Position numbers and translations under genes: made by a program | Shown here: positions 63,261 to 64,000 of the stretch, piece after piece | How positions within the stretch are numbered: the stretch's first letter is position 1 | Layout: every line of letters begins with the position of its first letter | The notes under the pieces: generated by a model | Seen by the model: only the letters and a program-made list of their open reading frames with translations | The model's database searches: none | Told to the model about the DNA's origin: nothing | Source of the DNA: a virus | Taxonomy: Duplodnaviria; Caudoviricetes | Strand: one strand, 5' to 3' | DNA: 64,000 nt | IMG/VR virus record: IMGVR_UViG_3300037311_000222 | Span: 5,894 to 69,893 of that record

Positions 63261-63878
63261 TTATACCTTTTGTTGTTTAAACTTATCGTTAAATAGCTTG
63301 GACATTTTTGACTCTAGTTTTTGACCTTCGTCGTAAAACACTCCCGTACCATCTTTATATTGCACTGCCATTTCACCGTCTGCGTGAGGAACAAGTCCTT
63401 TTTCTGGGATTTCTTTCATGATTATTTTAACAGGTTTTTCACACACTACACAAGTGTCATTAAAAATCCAATAAAATCCGCAATTTTTAACGATGTTTTT
63501 AGCAATTTCAATAATTGGTTGTGGTTTATTTTCTAATACTTCAGAAATATACGCATAAAACGCCACCCAATGACACTCGAAACTACCGTAGCTAACTTCG
63601 TTTTTAGTTTTTTTGATAATGTCCTCAGTAAGTTCTTTATCATTTGCTTTAATTTTAGCGGCTAAAACTAGTCCTTGCTTTGGGCTGTCTGCCCAAATAA
63701 AATTAGGGGTTTTTGACTTTTGTTTTTCATTTAAAACGTCGTGAGCATAAACATAACTAGCAGTGAGAGCAGCTTCGGCTTTTGTTCTATCACACGGTTC
63801 TGTACTTAATCCTATATTTAAATATTCATTTTGATATTCTTTAAGTTTTTCTAGTTGTTCTTTTGTTAATTGTTTCAT
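63261..63878 (-). CDS. conserved phage protein (DUF6745-like)
   Basis: DRTKAEA, WADSP, YGSFECHWVAFY, CEKP, HADGEMAVQYKDG pattern. Confidence 0.7.
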   Translation of the reverse strand: MKQLTKEQLEKLKEYQNEYLNIGLSTEPCDRTKAEAALTASYVYAHDVLNEKQKSKTPNFIWADSPKQGLVLAAKIKANDKELTEDIIKKTKNEVSYGSFECHWVAFYAYISEVLENKPQPIIEIAKNIVKNCGFYWIFNDTCVVCEKPVKIIMKEIPEKGLVPHADGEMAVQYKDGTGVFYDEGQKLESKMSKLFNDKFKQQKV

Positions 63879-64000
63879 TTTGTTTTCCTTTTAAAAATTA
63901 TCAGCAATAGTTTTATTCATTTCAAAACTAAATATTTTAAATTTAGTAAAACCAAATGTGTTTTTTGTAAAACGACTTAATGCGTCGCAAAAACTATCAA

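Noticed and set aside
353-63536. Many antisense or nested ORFs in the track (e.g. 987..1193, 8221..8577, 18336..18635, 26300..26560, 45549..45902, 57830..58111)
   Set aside because: They overlap stronger genes on the other strand or frame, lack SDs, and show shadow-ORF composition
1-64000. tRNA genes, integrase/att sites, reverse transcriptase or DGR
   Set aside because: No cloverleaf with T-arm, recombinase motif, RT motif or TR/VR repeat pair found by eye; tRNAscan-SE and HMM searches would confirm

Overview
This window is most of an AT-rich, apparently lytic tailed dsDNA phage genome; no integrase, tRNA or CRISPR array was seen. The plus strand carries the virion genes: terminase, portal, a ~7 kb insert of accessory structural-looking genes, scaffold, major capsid, tail fibres, podovirus-like connector and nozzle, and ejection-type proteins. 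The minus strand carries early and replication genes: AEP primase-SF4 helicase fusion, a split family B DNA polymerase, exonucleases, ERF, class II RNR, ThyX, dUTPase and an AAA/VWA pair, plus an envelope/lysis cassette and chains of micro-ORFs. Highlights: (1) The major capsid gene is interrupted by two tandem group I introns separated by a 12-nt micro-exon (LEHG). Its first six bases form P10 of intron 1 and its last six form P1 of intron 2. Intron 2 carries a GIY-YIG endonuclease broken by one in-frame TAA. (2) An unassigned ~245-nt structured ncRNA candidate (51364->51121) has its own sigma70-type promoter, paired ends and a U-tract. (3) A 17-bp motif, TTAACAAATATAVATAS, precedes six late transcription units. 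(4) Three sigma70-type promoters appear to give leaderless mRNAs. Shine-Dalgarno use, sigma70-like promoters and lipoprotein/outer-membrane-like genes suggest a diderm, non-Bacteroidota host (inference). All family assignments come from motif recognition, not from database searches.
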